A DNA stretch of 64,000 bases, taken from the human T2T-CHM13v2.0 reference genome, Homo sapiens. Below the pieces are notes generated by a model. It worked only from the letters and a program-made list of their open reading frames with translations, searched no databases and was not told the DNA's origin. Positions 57,669-64,000 of the stretch are shown one piece after another (positions within the stretch are counted from its first letter, which is position 1; each line of letters begins with the position of its first letter). The DNA lies in the NCBI RefSeq assembly GCF_009914755.1, contig NC_060936.1; one strand, written 5' to 3'. The position numbers and the translations under genes are program-made.

Positions 57669-57854
57669 CTGCATTTCATCAAATCTAAGATTCCATCTAT
57701 TATAAGACACACCATTATTTTAGCTACCAAAAAAGAAAAAACAGTACTACTGATCAATGCATGGCCTATATCTATGATAAGAAAGAATTTGCCTCCCAAA
57801 TTTTGAGGTGTTAAAGTATGAAAATGTATGAGTCTCAAAAGCTACAAAACACGG
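57669..57854. mobile_element. MER104-like TcMar-Tc2 MITE
   Basis: TA|CTGCATTTCATCAAATCTAAGA ... AAAACACGG|TA; TA target duplication. Confidence 0.6.
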
Positions 57855-59639
57855 TAAAATTACTCCTTAGAAATTGGGCCAAATCTTTCATTTATATAAA
57901 GCGTCTTTCCCAGACTGGCTAATGATAATGCTGCTGATAGAAGAACAGGTAAAACAGATTTTGAAACACACAGCTATATTAATCAAGACCCCCCCTTAAG
58001 CAATTGAAGACAGTCAGATATTCTCCTAATGTTTCTACCAAACCAAACATGTGTTTTGTACCTCCAGGGACAAGAAGAAACCAGCAGGAGAGAACATTTG
58101 GATCAAAGAGATGAGAGTGGAGAAGAGAGGAACACAGAGTGATTCTCTGCCAAAGCAAACATATATAGGCAGAGGGAAGTGGGGGAATGACATTTCCTTA
58201 GTAGATTCTCTAAAGTAAAAATACAAAGAATTCATCTGGAGCTGAAACAACAGCTGTAGGGTCTTGATGAGCCCCATGTGAGGGCGAGGAACCTGTGAAG
58301 TTTGCTTTCACTGTCTCTATCCTGGCAGAAGACCAGAGCTGCCTCTGGCTGGTATTTACAAAGAACTGGTGAGGAGCCAGCTGGCTGCTGGAGGCATGTT
58401 TCCGTATCATTCCTCACATGCAAAATGCTCTGCAGCTGGAAAAGAGTCACAATGGCTGCAGCCAATCAAGCCTAGGCAATATGTCCAGCCTTTCCTCCCT
58501 TTGTCCCCTCAACCCCTTCCTCAAGAGAACACAATTGGCAAAAATCCAGCAGTGTCCAATGAGGAAGGGACTGAGGAGGCCATGGGAGGATGGTTAAGCT
58601 AGCAGAGACAACTTGCTGTGATTGTCATTCACTAAATATTTACTCAACATCTACTATGTTCTGGGTCCTTGGGATACTGATAAACAAGACAGCGTGTATA
58701 TTCTGGTATTTTTGATTTGGAAAAATTTTGTGCCCTTGGCTCTTCACATCAACTTCCAGTGGTGAGGGAAGGAAATTGCCACTGCTTGTCCCTTTGTTCA
58801 GTCTCTTCAACGGGTTCACATTCTCCCACCTGCTCTCAGGAACAGCCATGGGAATACTGGCTCGGCAAGGCAACTCAGGAAATCTAACAGCCCTGCTAAG
58901 CGAAGAATTTAGTATTTCATCATAAACTTGAAAAATCTAGGAGTGCCTCATAGGAGAAAAAGGAAGGAGGAAAGAGGGACGTGATTGAGATTAACAAGAA
59001 ACAGTATGGCCTCAGCCTCCAACCATGTGCTGAATAAGTTAGTGCAATTATCTTGGGAGGGTAAACACTGATGGCCATTCAAGCTGACAGTGGGAGCCGG
59101 ACAGTTGACATTTACAACAATGCTCAATGCAAATCAAGGCACTTGCCCCAGAAATGGAATTTCATAGATTTATTCTTTGAAAGGCCATTTCTTTCACTAG
59201 TCTGGGTCAGCAGTTAAGCTGAAAGAGAAATATTTCTATCATTTGGCAAATTTTTTTCCAAAGCATCTAGTTGATTAGGCAAGAGAGGCCTTTAAAAAGT
59301 CTGATTTCTTGTGTGGTTGTCAGGCAAACAGAATGAGAAAATATCAAACAGCAATCCCATTTCCAGAAATGATTAAAACAAATATTTCCTCTGAAGTCCC
59401 TGGTGCTCTGCGTGGTGATGGGGGACCTCACAGCCCAGGTGTTCTGGAGCCGTTCCAGCCCTGCAAATATCATTTTAACATGCTCCCATAACTCTCAAGT
59501 CTTCACCTTGAATAAGCTAAACTTTCCATGCCCCTGCTGCCTGCTGTTCCACAGAAATTGATTAAAACCCAGAGCTGTCATTCACAAGTTGGGTGACCTT
59601 GAAAAGTCAGAAAGCCTCAAGCAAAGCCTCAGCACTTTG

Positions 59640-59895
59640 TAACTGCTGTTCCCTTCACCTATATAGTGGTGACCCCCACAACCATCTGCTACTCTCAGAT
59701 GCATGAACCTATTTATTTGCCTCACAGCACTCAAAATAATACTTGAAATTATCTCACTATGGGTTTGCTTATTTATCACAGTCAGCTTCCTGAGCACAGA
59801 GACAATACCTGCTTTATGTATCTCTGAATCCTTGGCGCTTAAAATGATTCCTAGCACCTAGTAGATGCTCAATAAATATCTGTTAAATAAATAAA
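59640..59895 (+). mobile_element. L2 3' end
   Basis: CCTAGCACCTAGTAGATGCTCAATAAATATCTGTTAAAT. Confidence 0.7.
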
Positions 59896-60045
59896 AATCA
59901 TTCCAATTATTTGAGCCAAAGTTTTATGATAATAATAATAAAAGTTAACACCTATCTGGTAGGGTTGTTTTAAAGATCAGGTGAGATCATGTTAACAAAA
60001 GCAGAGCCCAACACATTAACAGGTACTCAAGATATATTAATTTAA

Positions 60046-60047
<2 letters not shown>

Positions 60048-60076
<29 letters not shown>
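60048..60076 (+). repeat. (CA)n microsatellite
   Basis: Read directly from the sequence. Confidence 0.95.
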
Positions 60077-60080
<4 letters not shown>

Positions 60081-60151
60081 CATGTGCTGCATAACAATGT
60101 TTTGGTCAGTGACAGACTACATATATGGCAGTGGTCCCGTAAGATTTAATG

Positions 60152-60458
60152 GGCCATGCACAGTGGGTCATTCTTGTAATCCCAACACTTTGGGAGGCTG
60201 AGGCAAGAGGATTCCTTGAGGCCAGGAATTCCAGACCAGCCTGGGCAACATAGCAAGACCCTGTTTCTACAAAAAGTTAAAAAATTATCCAGGTGTGGTG
60301 GCACATGCCTGTAGTCCTATCTACTCAGGAGGCTAAGGCAGGATCGCTTGAGCCCAGGAATTCAAAGTTAAAATGAGCTATGATTGTGTACTGCACTCCA
60401 GCCTGGGCAAGAGATTGAGAGCCTGTCTCAAATTAAAAATTTTAAAAATAAAAATAAA
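60152..60458 (+). mobile_element. AluJ in Tigger3
   Basis: J-type dimer. TSD AAGATT(A)TAATGG. Confidence 0.92.
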
Positions 60459-60589
60459 GATTATAATGGAGTTGAAAATTTTCTATTGCCTAGTGATATC
60501 ACAGCACAACTTATTATTCATGTGTTTGTGATGATGCTGCTATAAACAAACCTATTGCACTGCCAGTTGTATAAAACTATACCACATAT

Positions 60590-60881
60590 AGCTGGGCATG
60601 GTGGCTCACACCTTCAATCTCAGCATTTTGGGAGGTTGGGGCAGGCAGATCACTTGAGGTCAGGAGTTTGAGACCAGCCTGGCCAACATGGTGAAACCCT
60701 GTCTCTACTAAAAATGCAAAAATTAGCCAGACGTGGTGGCAGGTGCCTTAATCCCAGCTACTCGGGAGGCTAAGGCAAGAGAATCACTTGAACCCAGAAG
60801 GCAGAGGTCACAGTGAGCCAAGATCACACCGCTGCACTCTAGCCTGGATGACAGAGCAAGACTCCATCTCAAAAAAAAAAA
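60590..60881 (+). mobile_element. AluSx/Sz in Tigger3
   Basis: Full dimer. TSD AAA(C/G)TATACCACATA. Confidence 0.95.
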
Positions 60882-61575
60882 GTATACCACATACAATTAT
60901 GTACAGTACATAATACTGATAAAGATAATAAATGACTATATGTTAATGGTTACTTTAGAGTATACTCCTACTTATTTAAAGAAAAAGTTAACTGTAAAAC
61001 ATCCTAAGGCAGGTCCTTTAGGAGGTATTATATTTCAGAAGCAGGCATTGTTATCATAGGACATAACAGCTCCATGTGTGTTATTGCCCATGAAGACCTC
61101 CCAGTGGGACAAGATGTGGAGGTTGGAAGACAATGATACTGATGATCCTGACCCTGTGTGGGCCTAGGCTAATGTGTGTTTGTGTCTTCTTTTTTAACAT
61201 AAAAGTTTAAAAAGTAAAAATAAATTTTAAAAAGCTTATAGAATAAGAATATAAGGAAAGAAAATATCTTTGTACAGCTGTACAAGGTGTTTGTGTTTTA
61301 AGTGTTATTTCAAGAGTTAAAAGGTTTTTAAAAATTTTTTAAGTTTATGAAGTAAAAAAGTTACAGTAAGCTAAGGTTAATTATTATTAAAGAAAGAAAA
61401 TATTTGTATAAATTTAGTGTAGCCTAAGCGTACAGTGTTTACAAAATCTACAGTAGTGTACAGTAATGTCCTAGGCTTTCACATTCACTCATTCACTCAC
61501 CACTCACTAACTCACCTAGAGAAACTTCCAGTCCTGCAAGCTTTATTCATAGTACATGTCCTATACAGGTGTAGC

Positions 61576-61879
61576 TTTTTTTTTTTTTTTTTTTTTTTTT
61601 GAGATGGAGTCTCTTTCTGTCACCCAGGCTGGAGTGCAATGACGTGATGTTGGCTCACTGCAACCTCTGCCTCCCGGTTTCAAGCAATTCTCTGCCTCAG
61701 CCCCCCGAGTAGCTGGGATTACAGGTACCCGTCACCTCGCCTGGCTAATTTTTGTAGTTTTAGTAGAGACGGGGTTTCACCATCTTGCCCAGGCTGGTCT
61801 TGAACTCCTGACCTCGTGATCCACCTGCCTCAGTCTCCCCAAATGCTGGGATTACAGGCATGAGCCACCATGCCCAGCT
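61576..61879 (-). mobile_element. AluS in Tigger3
   Basis: Full reverse dimer. TSD AGGT(G/A)TAGC. Confidence 0.95.
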
Positions 61880-62241
61880 AAGGTATAGCATTTTTTATCT
61901 TTTGTACTGTATTTTTCTTTTTAGGTATGCTTTTTATGTTTTGATATGTTTAAATGCACGAATACCATTGTGTTACAACTGCCTACAGTATTCAGCATAG
62001 TCACAGGCTGTACAGCTTGGTAGCCTAGGAGTGATAGGCTATACCATAAGGCCTAAGTGTGTAGTAGATTATACCTTGTAGGTTTGTGAAAGTGTACTCT
62101 ATGATGTTTGGCAATCACAAAATCGCCTAAGGACGCATTTCTCAGAATGTATCCCCATCATTCAGCCATACATGACTTTACATAAAATACATACGCACAT
62201 TTTTTAAATTAGTGACAATGTACAGATGAATAAGAAACTCA

Positions 62242-62545
<304 letters not shown>

Positions 62546-62988
62546 GAAACTCATATTAATCTGTGTAACACAAGTTTGCCAAAGCCTTATAAAGCTAAGG
62601 GTACACATGGGAGTCAGATCAAGAGTAATTGCACCAATTCATTCACTCTTGTTTCTACCCACACACTTCAGGACCCCTTTCCAGAATTGCTATTTCCTTC
62701 AGATTGTTCTGTGAGTCACTAGGCAGTATCAGGTGTTATCAAAAATGCTGTCAATGTGCCCACTCCTTTTTCCTTCCACTCCCTCCCACTTGTGGGAGGC
62801 CTAAGCAGAGGTGACTGCGGAAGGCTGCAGCAGGGTGCTGCCCCTGGGCTTACACAGACACCACTCCTGAGGGGCTGCTGTTGTCCAGGTATTCCCGAGC
62901 CCTCACTTTGTGGCAGACATGCTGTGCCTAACACAGAAGTGGGAGGATGCACCCAGTGTCCGCTCTGAGCCCAGCCCAAGCCAAAGTA

Positions 62989-63049
62989 GCTATTTAAAAC
63001 TCCCTGTGTCTGTAGTTAAGGGCTATTTAAAACTCCCTGTGTCTGTAGT
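62989..63049 (+). repeat. Tandem duplication, 28-bp perfect unit with 33-bp period
   Basis: GCTATTTAAAACTCCCTGTGTCTGTAGT at 62989-63016 and 63022-63049. Confidence 0.95.
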
Positions 63050-63259
63050 GAGGCCTAGCGTTCTCCTTTCCATTAACCTCTCTGATAGGCCATATGAGCA
63101 AATCTGGCAAGCACACAAACATTCATTTTCAAGCAGGTGCAAGAGTCATGGAGTTTGTTCTTCAACTCAATACACTTCAGTGCACTTCTCAGTGCACTGA
63201 CGATTGTGGCCTCTGAAAAGACTGTTGCCTGCAAATTTCACTAGCAGCATATGGGACAG

Positions 63260-63673
63260 TGATATGGTTTGGATGGGTGCCCCACCCAAATATCATATTG
63301 AAATGTAATTCCCAGTGCTGGAGGTGGGGCCTGGTGGGAGGTGGTTGGATCATGGGGCAAAGTTCTCATGAATGAGAATCATCCCCCCTTGGTTCTTTAT
63401 ACAGAGTGAGTTCTCATGAGATCTGGTTGTTTAGAAAATGTGTAGCACTATCCCCACCCACCCCCCCCCATCTTCTCCTATTCTTTCCATATAAGATGCT
63501 GGCTCACACTTTGCCTTTCACCACAAGTAAAAGCTACCTGAGGCCTCTCCAAAAGCAGATGCTGCCATGATTTCTGAACGGCCTGCAGAACTGTGAGCAA
63601 TTAAACCTCTTTTCTTTATAAATTACCCCATCTCAGGTATTTCTTTATAGCAATGCAAAAACAGCTTAATATA
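63260..63673 (+). mobile_element. MSTA-like MaLR solo LTR
   Basis: TGATATGGTTTGG start; TCTCAGGTATTTCTTTATAGCAATG end; 5-bp TSD GACAG. Confidence 0.92.
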
Positions 63674-64000
63674 GACAGTATTCTGGTAGCAGGCAGGTAC
63701 AGCTCCCCTCTGGTTAGAATCAAGATAAAATCCTCTATTAAGCACCTGACAAGAGACCCAGTATACCCTAGGTCTAGAACACCAGTTCAAAAGGGAGTCT
63801 ACTACCTTTGCCAGATTCTTAAATCCTATTCCTGTGATATTGGAGATGCCTGTACAATATTCTACCAATTCACATTTTATGAACAGCTGTTGTTTCAGCA
63901 AAAGGAAAATAATTTCTGATATCCTTTACCCCAATTACCATATCCTTCAGGGCTAATCAGAAACAAAGTGCTTGCAGTAAGTAGGTTCTTTCATACACTT

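Larger units (their letters stand above)
60077..62178 (+). mobile_element. Tigger3b-like DNA transposon, both ends present, carrying three Alu insertions
   Basis: GTCATGTGCTGCATAACAATGTTTTGGTC start; GACCTCCCAGTGGGACAAGATGTGGAGG; CGCATTTCTCAGAATGTATCCCCATCATT..CATGACT end. Confidence 0.88.

Noticed and set aside
58035-58925. Cluster of overlapping 65-80-aa ORFs
   Set aside because: Explained by locally higher GC. No homology or consistent splice signals recognised.

Overview
Human genomic DNA, about 40% GC by eye, with a primate repeat complement. One Alu matches my recollection of the human-specific AluYg6 subfamily. I find no credible protein-coding gene. The supplied ORFs are chance ORFs, Alu read-throughs, microsatellite translations or broken L1 ORF2. 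The window reads as intergenic or deep-intronic. It holds about 25 Alus (many with visible target-site duplications, TSDs), a 2-kb 5'-truncated L1PB, short L1PA 3' ends, solo LTRs (MLT2, MER21, MER4D, MER4A1, MER31, MLT1, MST), DNA-transposon relics (Tigger3, MER8, MER5, MER104, MER81/94, MER112, MER102) and many MIR/L2 fragments. Between the repeats are unique islands dense in developmental TF motifs. The standout signal is a non-TE, ungapped 123-bp inverted repeat (26935-27057 and 27598-27720; 113/123 identical). Its 540-bp loop contains a candidate exon with stops in all three frames, and one of that exon's splice donors lies inside the stem. Repeat names come from my memory of consensus sequences, not from a search. 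Boundaries of old elements are approximate, and I could not identify the locus.
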